From an uncultured Anaeroplasma sp. (GTDB lineage: Bacteria; Bacillota_I; Bacilli_A; Acholeplasmatales; Anaeroplasmataceae): a stretch of DNA of 64,000 bases. The position numbers and the translations under genes are program-made. Below are positions 1 to 9,169 of this stretch, piece by piece. The notes under the pieces were generated by a model. The model saw only the letters and a program-made list of their open reading frames with translations. It was not told the origin of the DNA and made no database searches. The stretch spans positions 11,035 through 75,034 of the forward strand of contig CANQDJ010000001.1 of assembly GCA_947592005.1 (NCBI GenBank), in the 5' to 3' direction. The stretch's first letter is position 1; each line of letters opens with the position of its first letter.

Positions 1-1402
1 ATTGGCAAAGGCTTGATAGGCGTTTGCTAAATGGAGTAAAGAATACCCATTGGTCGCCCCGCCTATGGCGTCTGCTTCATAGATTTCTTTGGAAGTAATT
101 CCGATATTGGAAGCGAAGGAGAATGCTTTCTCATAGCCGACTAAATTAAATAATTTAACTGCGGGGACATTTCTTGAATCGCTTAAGGCTTTTCTTAAAG
201 GAATTGCTCCTAAATATTGATGGTCGTAGTTATGAAATGATTTCTCCGGTATGATAGGTATATTCTTCGTCCATTAAAATAGTAGAAGGACCATAGGATA
301 GATATTCAATAGCGGGAGCGTAATCCAATATGGGTTTGATAGTAGAACCGGGTTGTAGTAAAACATCATAGGCGTAGTTTAATACTTTTCGGTCGGTAAT
401 TCGATTTCCTGCCAATGCTTTTACGCCATAAGTGGCATTATCCAATACGACGATAGCACAATTTAATTCTGGATCGTTGAATAGATTGTATTCGTTTTGC
501 ATAATTCGAAATAATTCTTTTTGAATATCGCTATCCAAATAAGTATGTATTTCATGTATGGCTTGGTTGTTTTCTTCTATACTGTCATAGATATAATCTA
601 AATAAGAAGATAAGTAGTTGGGAGATGTTTTTACCGATTGGTTTGCCAAAAGTGTTTGTATGGAAATATCTTTTTCTTTTTCGTATGTGGTGGAATCGAT
701 ATATCCTTCTTCCAACATACATTTTAAGACGACATTTTTTCTTTTGTTTGCTGCTTCGGGGTTTTTATAGGCATTGTATCGATTGGGGGCTTGTATCATA
801 CCTGCTAAATAACAGGCTTCGGATACCGAAATATCTTTCGGTTCTTTATTGAAATAATACAGGCAAGCCATTTTGATTCCATAGATATTTCCACCGAACA
901 GAATGGAATTTAAATAGGCTTCCATAATTTGATCTTTGGTATATCTTTTTTCTAATTCGAAAGCGATAGCGATTTCGTTTATTTTACGAGTGATTGTTTT
1001 TTCGTTAGTTAAAAATACGTTTTTTACATATTGTTGAGTTATTGTGGAAGCCCCTTGAGAAATATTTCTTTTGGAAATATTGTTTCCGATGGCTTTGATA
1101 ATTCTTTTGGTGGAAAAACCGTTATGTTTATAGAAATCTCTATCCTCGATGGAAACGAATGCTTGAATGATTGTATCCGCTACATCTTGTATGGAAACAT
1201 AAGAGTAATAACAACTGTCGGTAGATATTAAATTTTGTTGAGAATCGTATATTTTAATAGGAGTATATCCTTGTTTTAAGACTAAATTTGCTTTTTTGGT
1301 TTTATAAAGAACCGTTCCTCCTACGATAGTAAAAAGAATCGTAAGGATAAATAAAAATACAGTGAATGTTTTAAATAATATTTTAAAGAAAGTTTTCATC
1401 AA
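1..1402 (-). pseudogene. ponA: Class A penicillin-binding protein (PBP1A) with a 1-bp frameshift near 235-237; continues past the window start
   Basis: ORF 230-1402 has transglycosylase motifs (EDRDFYKH, GASTITQQ, RKINE) and QPGSTIKP (SxxK) but stops at GEIIS*. The +1 frame continues HNYDHQYLGAIPLRKALSDSRNVPAVK...LANAYQAFAN (SxN motif) to position 1. Located downstream of recU. Confidence 0.85.
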
Positions 1403-1955
1403 TTACCTTCAGATAAGGAAGTCTAGGTAAATAGCCTTCTTTAATAAGGTAGCCGTTTTCTTTAAATTCTTTGTAAGGTATGGATTTTCTTCCGTCTTTT
1501 TTGGCATTTTCCCAATATTTTTCGATAATGGGAAAGGGCATAATATAGTATTCATTGTAGGCCGTCCAATAAAAAATCATAAAACCGATACCACCATGTT
1601 CGATAATTTTTTTCAAATGCTCTATTTGATGTGGGTGAATATTGGCTAAAGGGAATGCCGTCGGATTATGGTTTTCTTTTGCCTCGAAATCGATGTATTT
1701 CCCTTTATAGATTCCATTATAGTCGGTAGTGGAAGGTGTTTTGTAGTAGGCTTCCGTAATGACCGCTTTACTCCGCATTGGATAATCTACTTTTACAATT
1801 TGGACAGGAGTCGGTTTTTTATGTATAACCGCAATATTATTGTTTAAATAATATTCGTTGGATTCATTGATTAATTCTTCAAAATCCATTCCCAAATTGG
1901 CTTTGTTTATGATTTTTTGTCTTTCTTTTCTTTTGATTGGAAAATTTAAACCCAT
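1383..1955 (-). CDS. recU: Holliday junction resolvase RecU
   Basis: GMDFEELIN, HKKPTPVQIV, DYNGIYKGKYIDFEAK motifs; recU-ponA overlap as in Bacilli. Confidence 0.95.
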   Translation of the reverse strand: MGLNFPIKRKERQKIINKANLGMDFEELINESNEYYLNNNIAVIHKKPTPVQIVKVDYPMRSKAVITEAYYKTPSTTDYNGIYKGKYIDFEAKENHNPTAFPLANIHPHQIEHLKKIIEHGGIGFMIFYWTAYNEYYIMPFPIIEKYWENAKKDGRKSIPYKEFKENGYLIKEGYLPRLPYLKVIDENFL

Positions 1956-2125
1956 ACTGTATCACCATATTTATATTATCATAAATTCTTTATAATGCAG
2001 TTATATTTTTTGTAAAAATTTAAAAAAATATGCATTAAAAAGGGAAGAAACGATTTGGGAAACGTTTTATGTTTTATTCTTGGCTGGTTTTATATTATAC
2101 TATATCCTATAAAGGAGGAAATAAC

Positions 2126-2440
2126 ATGGCTAACACAAAAGTAGAAATAAAAGTGGCAGTAAACACACCGTGTGAAGAAGTATATGTTGTCGGTTCTGTA
2201 CCCGCATTGGGAGAATGGAATCCGAAGAAGGCTGTTAAGTTGGAAAAGTGTGAGGCTTGCGGGAAATACACTGTAGCAAAACTTTTACCGGCAGGAGAGC
2301 CTGTGGAGTTTAAAGTTCTTTGTGCAAAGACTTGGGATTCTGTGGAAAAGGGATACAATGGTGAAGAATTGCCAAATCACACTATGGTTCCGAATAAGGG
2401 ATTATGTGTTGAAGTAGAAGTAGAATGCTTCGCTAAGTAA
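2126..2440 (+). CDS. Stand-alone CBM20 starch-binding domain protein
   Basis: VYVVGSVPALGEWNPKKAVKL and EFK motifs typical of CBM20; AGGAGG RBS before ATG 2126. Confidence 0.8.
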   Translation: MANTKVEIKVAVNTPCEEVYVVGSVPALGEWNPKKAVKLEKCEACGKYTVAKLLPAGEPVEFKVLCAKTWDSVEKGYNGEELPNHTMVPNKGLCVEVEVECFAK

Positions 2441-2446
2441 AAACGG

Positions 2447-2476
2447 AGAAGATGCGGTGGCATCTTTTCTTTTTTT
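2447..2476 (+). terminator. Intrinsic terminator after the CBM20 gene
   Basis: AGAAGATGC-ggtg-GCATCTTTTCT hairpin followed by a T run. Confidence 0.75.
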
Positions 2477-2501
2477 ATCATATTTTATATATGGTGGTAA
2501 A

Positions 2502-3245
2502 TTGTTAGGAATAATAAAAGGTGATGTGCGATACGCCTATTTATCGCAAATGATTCCCGATTCTGTTTTATCGGGAGATTTGAAGGATTTGTATGGAATT
2601 GATTCTTTGTTGTTACCTTTTGGAGGAATAGCGAAAGATTATAAAATTCGGCAGAGCAATTTGAATCTTTTGGATATTTTGAGAATAAATCGCATAAAGA
2701 CAATTTATGTCGGAAATGCTAATGATGAGTTAAGAAAAATATGCGATGAGGAAAAAATAAAGTTATATGAGATTTTGAAAGATAGGAAATTTGTTCAAGA
2801 GAATGCGTTTTTAACGGCTATTGGATTACTGCATTTGCTACAAAGATCCGATAAGAGTATTCAAGAAGAAAAAGTATGGATATTGGGATATGGGAATATC
2901 GGATTTTATTTGGCAAAGATGCTTCGTATGTTACATGTTTCTTTTTCTGTTTATACGGAAGAAGAAATAGAAAAGAAATACGCTACGTTGGAAGGGTATG
3001 CTTTAGAGGATTTTCCTAAGGATCATACGTTGATTATAAATACGATTCCCAAGAATTTGGATATAGATTATCGGTTGTTGAAAAACAAAAGAATTGTCGA
3101 TGTTTCTTCTTCTCCGTATGGGTTTGATTTGAATCGAATCGAAGAAGAGGGAATAGAGTATGAGATTTTATCCGCTATTCCTTCGAAATATGCCGCTGGG
3201 ACAGCAGGGAAATTAATAAAAAATTTTATTGATTTTCACCAATAA
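2502..3245 (+). CDS. spoVFA: Dipicolinate synthase subunit A-like protein (SpoVFA/DpaA)
   Basis: LLLPFGGI, ILGYGNIG, INTIP, DVSSSPYGFD and IPSKYAAGTAG align with DpaA motifs; upstream of rnjB-spoIIIE as in Bacillus; start re-placed at TTG 2502 (uncertain). Confidence 0.7.
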   Translation: MLGIIKGDVRYAYLSQMIPDSVLSGDLKDLYGIDSLLLPFGGIAKDYKIRQSNLNLLDILRINRIKTIYVGNANDELRKICDEEKIKLYEILKDRKFVQENAFLTAIGLLHLLQRSDKSIQEEKVWILGYGNIGFYLAKMLRMLHVSFSVYTEEEIEKKYATLEGYALEDFPKDHTLIINTIPKNLDIDYRLLKNKRIVDVSSSPYGFDLNRIEEEGIEYEILSAIPSKYAAGTAGKLIKNFIDFHQ

Positions 3246-3356
3246 CCTTGTTATTTTTGAAAAAATATTATATAATGAAAAAAATTCCGATATTCGATTC
3301 GAATTAAATATGAAGAAAGGAGATAAAGTAAAACACAAGGTTTTATTTTATAAAAT

Positions 3357-5054
3357 ATGAGCAGAATCAATTTTTTCGCTTTAGGTGGCGTCCAAGAAAA
3401 TGGTAAGAATTTATATGTTTTAGAAGTAGAAAAATCACTTTTTATTCTTGATTGCGGATTGAAATACCCGACTTCCGAACTATATGGTGTTGATATTATT
3501 GTCAATGATTTATCGTATTTGATAGAGAATAAAGAACGTATAGAAGGGGTGTTTTTATCTCATGCCCATGATGATCATATCGGTGGTGTTTCGCATTTGT
3601 TGAAAGAAATTCCGACTAAGATCTACGGTTCTCGATTTACTTTGGCGGTATTGAAAGAGCGGTTAAAAGAAGACGGGGTTTCTGTTTCAGCGGATCAACT
3701 TGTGGAAGTAACGGTTAAGACGGCATTGAAATTTAAAAACACAACGATACGATTTTTTGAGGTGTCGCATAATATTCCCGAATGTTTTGGAATTGCCGTT
3801 AAAACGGAAGATGGGTATATTATATATACCAGTAATTATAATTTCGATCAAAATTCCAAAATCAATTATGCATATATGTTTCGTTCGTTGGCTGTTTTTG
3901 CCAAAGAGGGTGTTTTGGCTTTGTTGACAGAGTCTTTGGGTGCGAATACGGAACAAAGCAGAGGAAGTATTTTGGAGTTTAAATTGCGGATTACCAATTT
4001 GATGTCCCAAACTCAAAATCGTATGATTTTTTCGCTGTTTTCTTCGGATATTTTACGTATTCAACAGATTGTGAATATAGCGATAGAACATAATAAACGG
4101 ATTGCGATAATAGGAAGAAAGACGCAAAAGATTGTCAATCAGGCAATGGCTTTGGGATATTTGAGTATTCCGGAAAAGAATTTGGCGAATTTGCGGTATA
4201 TCGATGATAAATGTGATAATAACGATAAGGATTTGGTCGTTTTGGTTACGGGAGAACGGCACGAACCGTATTTTATGTTACAAAGAATGTCAAAACAGAT
4301 CGATCGGTTGATTCATTTGGAGCCGACGGATACGGTGGTTATTTTGACTACGCCGTATTTGGGAACGGAAAAAATGGCGGCAAGGACTTTGGATATTATC
4401 TATCATGTTACAAGTAAGGTAAAAGAGTTGAATGCGAATTTGTTGCCGGCATCTTCGGCAAATCGAGAAGAAATTAAAGAGATGATTAATATTTTACAAC
4501 CGAAGTATGTGATTCCGATTATCGGAGAGTATCGGCATCAATACGCTTTACGGATTGTGGCGAATTGTATAGGATATGAAGATAAGCGAATTTTAATTGC
4601 GGATAACGGAGATATATTAAGTTTTGAAAATGGAAAATATATCGGAATTACGGGAGATGTTCCTTGTTCGGAGATTTTGATTGACGGAAAGGCATTTAAA
4701 GATGTCGGTGATGTGGTTATGCGAGATCGAGAACTTTTGGCAGAAGACGGTGTGGTTTTGATTTCGGCGAATATCAATCCTCGAACCAAAACGATTTTGG
4801 TCGGACCGGAGATTGTAACAAAGGGATTTATTTATACAAAAGAGAATGACGATATTTTGGAACGTATCCGAGAGATATTTTTTATGGTATCGAATAAGTT
4901 TTTGACTTCTAAGTTCATTAATTGGAGTGATTATAAGACGAGTCTTAAGAATGAAATATCGCATTATATTTATAAAGATACGAAGAGAAATCCGATTATT
5001 ATTCCCGTTTTGATTTCAACGGATATGGAAATTATGAAGAAAAGCACTTCTTAG
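3357..5054 (+). CDS. rnjB: Ribonuclease J, J2-type paralog
   Basis: FFALGGVQENGKN and HAHDDHIGG; several RNase J1 catalytic residues altered; synteny with spoIIIE. Confidence 0.85.
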   Translation: MSRINFFALGGVQENGKNLYVLEVEKSLFILDCGLKYPTSELYGVDIIVNDLSYLIENKERIEGVFLSHAHDDHIGGVSHLLKEIPTKIYGSRFTLAVLKERLKEDGVSVSADQLVEVTVKTALKFKNTTIRFFEVSHNIPECFGIAVKTEDGYIIYTSNYNFDQNSKINYAYMFRSLAVFAKEGVLALLTESLGANTEQSRGSILEFKLRITNLMSQTQNRMIFSLFSSDILRIQQIVNIAIEHNKRIAIIGRKTQKIVNQAMALGYLSIPEKNLANLRYIDDKCDNNDKDLVVLVTGERHEPYFMLQRMSKQIDRLIHLEPTDTVVILTTPYLGTEKMAARTLDIIYHVTSKVKELNANLLPASSANREEIKEMINILQPKYVIPIIGEYRHQYALRIVANCIGYEDKRILIADNGDILSFENGKYIGITGDVPCSEILIDGKAFKDVGDVVMRDRELLAEDGVVLISANINPRTKTILVGPEIVTKGFIYTKENDDILERIREIFFMVSNKFLTSKFINWSDYKTSLKNEISHYIYKDTKRNPIIIPVLISTDMEIMKKSTS

Positions 5055-5112
5055 TGCATTTTCTTCTTTTTTTTTATTTTGTTTTTGGTATTGTATCTTG
5101 GAGGGTGATAAG

Positions 5113-6789
5113 ATGCCGAAGGCAAAGGTTAAATTAAAAGAAGAAAAGAAGAATTATTTTAGTATTGCGGTAGGGATCTTTTTGACTATATTTTGTGTGC
5201 TTATGATTGGAAGAGTGGGGAATTTTAAATTTGTTTATTTGCTTCTTCGAATCGTATTCGGTGATTTTTCTATATTTGTGTTGTTGTTTACTGTTTTTTA
5301 TTCTATTAAAGATTTGGTTTTGAATAAAAAAGTAGATCTGCATCATATTTTCTTTTTTGGGGTGATTTTGATTTATTTCGGATTATCTGTCTTTGCCCAT
5401 TTGGGTTTATATGATGCTTTGATGATGACCAATCGAACTGTTATGAGTAAGACGGTTGCCTTGTATGGTAGGTATTTTCGCCATTTCGAACAGGATTTCA
5501 GTTGTGGAGGAGGAATTGTTGTCGCTTTGGTTCTACAGGTTATTATGTTTATCGGTGGAAAGATCGGAGCGATTCTTTTGGCGATTGGGTGTATCGGTGT
5601 CGGGATATGTTATATTATTGATTTTAAATTGTTTTCTTTTATTAAGGGTGGTAGATTGAAACAAATTCCTATTCAATTTTATCACTCTGTTCGAGATTAT
5701 TTTAAGAATATGCATTATCCGAAAACACAAAGTAAGAGTCCTAAGATTCCGTTGTCGATTTTGATGGATAATGAAGAAGTGGTGAATTTTACTTTACAAC
5801 AGGAGATCAATAAAGAGCGATTTGAAGCGTTAAAGACGTATATCAGCAAGAATCATATTTATTGTGTTTGTGATTCGTTTCAAACTTCTTATACGTCTTC
5901 AAGATTTGTTTTAAAGTTGGCACATAAGAGTGAAAGTATTATTTCGGAGATTAGTGGTTTTTTTAATAAGTGTTGTTTTTTTATTAAGAATGATTTGGTG
6001 GTTTATGTGGAAATTTCTAATCAATTTAAAAAACTTTTGACTTTGAAAAGTATTTTATTGGCTCATGATAATCCCGGTGGGATTGTGTTGGGTATGGATA
6101 TAGATAATCATGGGATAGAATTGGAGATTCAACAAGGAAAAACACTTTGTGTATTGGGAGATTTGACAAGTGGAGTGAAAACGTTTATTCGTTCTTTTGT
6201 CGCTTCACTTTTGTTTAAGGGGTATCTTCCGGAAGATATTTATTTTTATGATTTATTTCACGAATTTGGAATTTTAAACGGCAGTCGTCTACATTATATT
6301 AATAATGATCGTTCGGCTTCTATTGCGTTTGATGAAGCGTTTAGTGAGTATGAGAGAAGAAGTGAAGTGATGAAGTATTTGGAAGTAGATACGATTGGAG
6401 AAGCGAATAAGAAGATTAGGACGATGGGGAGTGAATATGAGGAAATGAAGCCGATTTTTCATATTATCTTTTTTAATGTTTCGATGTTTGATACGAATAT
6501 TTTACAGAAGTTATCGTATATTCTTCAATTCGGAATTAAAGTGGGAATGATTATTTGTGTGATTATAAGAGATAGAATAGGACTACATAAAATCAATATG
6601 GGAAATTGTGATATTGTTTCTTTTTATTTGGCAGATGTGGCTACTTCGGTAAAAGTGTTTGGGTGTGATATTGCTTGTAGATTACAAAAAAAAGGAGATT
6701 TCCTTTACCAAACCAAAAATAGGTTGTATCATGGACAAACTCCTTATATTTCTTTAGATGATTTTGAAAAAATCATTCATCGTCTTTAA
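5113..6789 (+). CDS. FtsK/SpoIIIE-like membrane protein with degenerate ATPase motifs and no gamma domain
   Basis: N-terminal TM segments, GGGIVV motif, EYERR and RLQKKGDFLY...GQTPYIS align with the SpoIIIE motor; Walker A reads GDLTSGVKT and Walker B reads IIFFN. Confidence 0.75.
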   Translation: MPKAKVKLKEEKKNYFSIAVGIFLTIFCVLMIGRVGNFKFVYLLLRIVFGDFSIFVLLFTVFYSIKDLVLNKKVDLHHIFFFGVILIYFGLSVFAHLGLYDALMMTNRTVMSKTVALYGRYFRHFEQDFSCGGGIVVALVLQVIMFIGGKIGAILLAIGCIGVGICYIIDFKLFSFIKGGRLKQIPIQFYHSVRDYFKNMHYPKTQSKSPKIPLSILMDNEEVVNFTLQQEINKERFEALKTYISKNHIYCVCDSFQTSYTSSRFVLKLAHKSESIISEISGFFNKCCFFIKNDLVVYVEISNQFKKLLTLKSILLAHDNPGGIVLGMDIDNHGIELEIQQGKTLCVLGDLTSGVKTFIRSFVASLLFKGYLPEDIYFYDLFHEFGILNGSRLHYINNDRSASIAFDEAFSEYERRSEVMKYLEVDTIGEANKKIRTMGSEYEEMKPIFHIIFFNVSMFDTNILQKLSYILQFGIKVGMIICVIIRDRIGLHKINMGNCDIVSFYLADVATSVKVFGCDIACRLQKKGDFLYQTKNRLYHGQTPYISLDDFEKIIHRL

Positions 6790-7987
6790 GTTTTTTTAAA
6801 TATTCTTGAATGGCTCTTTCATAAGAGCCTGTATTTTTGGGCTTATAATATACTTTTCCCAATAACGCATTCGGCATATATTGTTGTTTGACATAGTCGT
6901 TTTCATAATCGTGGGGATATTTGTATTCTACTTTTCCGCTTTTTAATTCTTTATTCAGAATATGCGGTGGGATTTCCATAGAAGTCAATGTAGATAAATC
7001 GGCAATTGCGGCATCGATTGCCAAATAAGCAGAATTGGATTTCGGCGAAGTGGCTAAATCGATTACGGCATAACTTAAAGGTAATCTTGCCTCGGGAAGA
7101 CCTAAAGACAAAGCGGCTTGTGTAGCGGCGTAGACACGAGGACCGATGTTGGGATTGCCCAAACCGATATCTTCGTATGCCAAACAAAGAAGGCGTCGAC
7201 TTATAAATTCTAGATCTTCCGTTTGGAGAAGTCTTGCCAAATAGTGAAGGGCGGCATCGGGATCGCTTCCTCGAATGGATTTGATAAAAGCGGAAGCCAC
7301 ATCGTAGTAGTTTTCTCCTTTTTCGTCTATAAGAAATGCCTTTTTGCCGATAAGGGCTTTTACGTTTTCCAAAGTCAATTCTTCTTTATCCATCATTGTG
7401 ATAATTTCAAGCATATTGAGTGCGGTTCTCACTTCACAAGAAGAAACGATGGAAATGTAGTTTAAGATATCGAGCGGAATCGGAAAGAATTTTTCCTTTT
7501 CTATCGTTCGCTGCAATAAAAGAATAATATCGCTTTGTTTAATTTCGTTCATTCGATAGATATGACATCGAGATCGAACGGCAGGATTAATGGATCGATA
7601 TGGGTTTTCCGTTGTTAATCCGATAATGGTAAGACTGCCGGATTCTAAAAACGGCAGAAGAAAATCCTGTACATCTTTTTTCATTCGATGGATTTCATCG
7701 ATGATACATAATGTATTGGGATAGTATTTCGCACTATCGGCGATTTCTTTCAGTTTCGCTTTTGTATCGCAAGAAGCGTTAAAAGAGAAAGAAGATAACG
7801 GATACGCAGCGGTAACGATTTCGGCAATGCTTGTTTTTCCGCAACCCGCAGGGCCGTATAGGATAAAAGAAAATATTTTGTTTTGTTCCAACATTTTTCG
7901 AATGACGCCTTTTTTACCAACCAAATGGTCTTGCCCGACGATGTCGTCTAAGGAAGTGGGACGTATTCTATACGCAAGTGGTTTCAT
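6773..7987 (-). CDS. rarA: Replication-associated recombination protein A (RarA/MgsA)
   Basis: PLAYRIRP, GPAGCGKT, IDEIHR, SAFIKSIRGSDPDAA, YKYPHDY. Confidence 0.95.
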   Translation of the reverse strand: MKPLAYRIRPTSLDDIVGQDHLVGKKGVIRKMLEQNKIFSFILYGPAGCGKTSIAEIVTAAYPLSSFSFNASCDTKAKLKEIADSAKYYPNTLCIIDEIHRMKKDVQDFLLPFLESGSLTIIGLTTENPYRSINPAVRSRCHIYRMNEIKQSDIILLLQRTIEKEKFFPIPLDILNYISIVSSCEVRTALNMLEIITMMDKEELTLENVKALIGKKAFLIDEKGENYYDVASAFIKSIRGSDPDAALHYLARLLQTEDLEFISRRLLCLAYEDIGLGNPNIGPRVYAATQAALSLGLPEARLPLSYAVIDLATSPKSNSAYLAIDAAIADLSTLTSMEIPPHILNKELKSGKVEYKYPHDYENDYVKQQYMPNALLGKVYYKPKNTGSYERAIQEYLKKLKDDE

Positions 7988-8014
7988 TGTATCACCTGCT
8001 GATATTGTATCACA

Positions 8015-8374
8015 TTATACAATTTTTTTAAAGGTTATTCCCAAAACTCCTCCAAGGGAGGAAGAAAGAATGTAGATTATAATCGGAAAAATTTGAAGTT
8101 GGAAGTTTCCCGTCGATAAAAAATAGATAAAATAAATGAGAAAAATATGAATGATTCCGGCACCCAAACCGACAAATAAGCCTCTTTTATGAATCATATT
8201 GGCATATAGAAGTCCTAAAAGAAGGAATGTGGTAATTCCGAGAATGAGTTCGAATACTCGATTGGAATCGTGGTTGGTTTTCATTAAATAAAAGGAATAT
8301 AGGAACGCCGACAACATTACGTATAGGATACAACAAGCGTAAATTTTGATACCGCTTAGGATTTTTTGTTTCAT
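8015..8374 (-). CDS. TIGR04086/YrzE-like membrane protein
   Basis: Four hydrophobic segments, KRGLFVGLGAG motif, Bacillus-like yrzE-yrbG-spoVB order and orientation. Confidence 0.65.
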   Translation of the reverse strand: MKQKILSGIKIYACCILYVMLSAFLYSFYLMKTNHDSNRVFELILGITTFLLLGLLYANMIHKRGLFVGLGAGIIHIFLIYFIYFLSTGNFQLQIFPIIIYILSSSLGGVLGITFKKIV

Positions 8375-8390
8375 AGTTATCACCTAATTA

Positions 8391-8419
8391 AAGGTATGAA
8401 GACAGAAGAAATTTTATAC
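8391..8419 (-). promoter_or_regulatory. Sigma-E-like promoter of the yrzE-like gene
   Basis: Minus strand GTATA-N16-CATACCTT matches the ATA-N16-18-cATAcanT consensus. Confidence 0.4.
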
Positions 8420-8470
8420 ATAGTTCGGTATAAGTTTTGTAAGAATTTGAAAGAATAAAAATGGTGAAGA

Positions 8471-9169
8471 ATGATGAATTATTTTTGGATTTTATCTAAA
8501 ATCGGGATTATCTATTTTGTTTTAATTCTCCTATTACGGATTTTGGGGAAAAGAGAAGTGGGACAGTTATCTATTTTTGATTTGGTTATTCTTTTGATTA
8601 TTGCCGATATTGCCTCTTTGGGTATTGATAATGATGGATTTTTTTTGGCTTCTGTGTTATGTTTGATTTTATTGGCGGTATTACAAAAGACTTTATCGTT
8701 TGTTTTATTGAAAATAGCCAAATTAAGAAATATTTGTGATGGATCACCGACGATTATTGTTTATAATGGTATTTTGAAGATTAAAAATATGCGGAAAGAA
8801 CTATATACGATGGACGATTTAGTCGGTCAGATGCGGCAAGCTGATATTATGGATATTAATGAGATTAAGTTTGCGGTATTGGAAACGAATGGATCTTTAT
8901 CGATTATGAAGAAGAATGAAAATAAGAATTTTATTATGCCGATTATTTTAAGTGGGGAATATGTTTTGGATAATATGGAATGTATCGGAGTTTTAAAAGA
9001 GGATATTGAATATATTTTGATGAAAAACAGTCTTTTATTAAAGAAAATTATGTATGCTTCTGTGGAGAAAGATTGGTTTCTTTACTATTATAAAGAAAGT
9101 AAAAAGAGCAAAGATATATCCCAATGTAAAATACCGTTGCGGTTAGATAAAAAGAAAGATGTTTGTTGA
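8471..9169 (+). CDS. DUF421 (YrbG/YetF) membrane protein
   Basis: RILGKREVGQLSIFDLV and FAVLETNGSLS motifs. Confidence 0.9.
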   Translation: MMNYFWILSKIGIIYFVLILLLRILGKREVGQLSIFDLVILLIIADIASLGIDNDGFFLASVLCLILLAVLQKTLSFVLLKIAKLRNICDGSPTIIVYNGILKIKNMRKELYTMDDLVGQMRQADIMDINEIKFAVLETNGSLSIMKKNENKNFIMPIILSGEYVLDNMECIGVLKEDIEYILMKNSLLLKKIMYASVEKDWFLYYYKESKKSKDISQCKIPLRLDKKKDVC

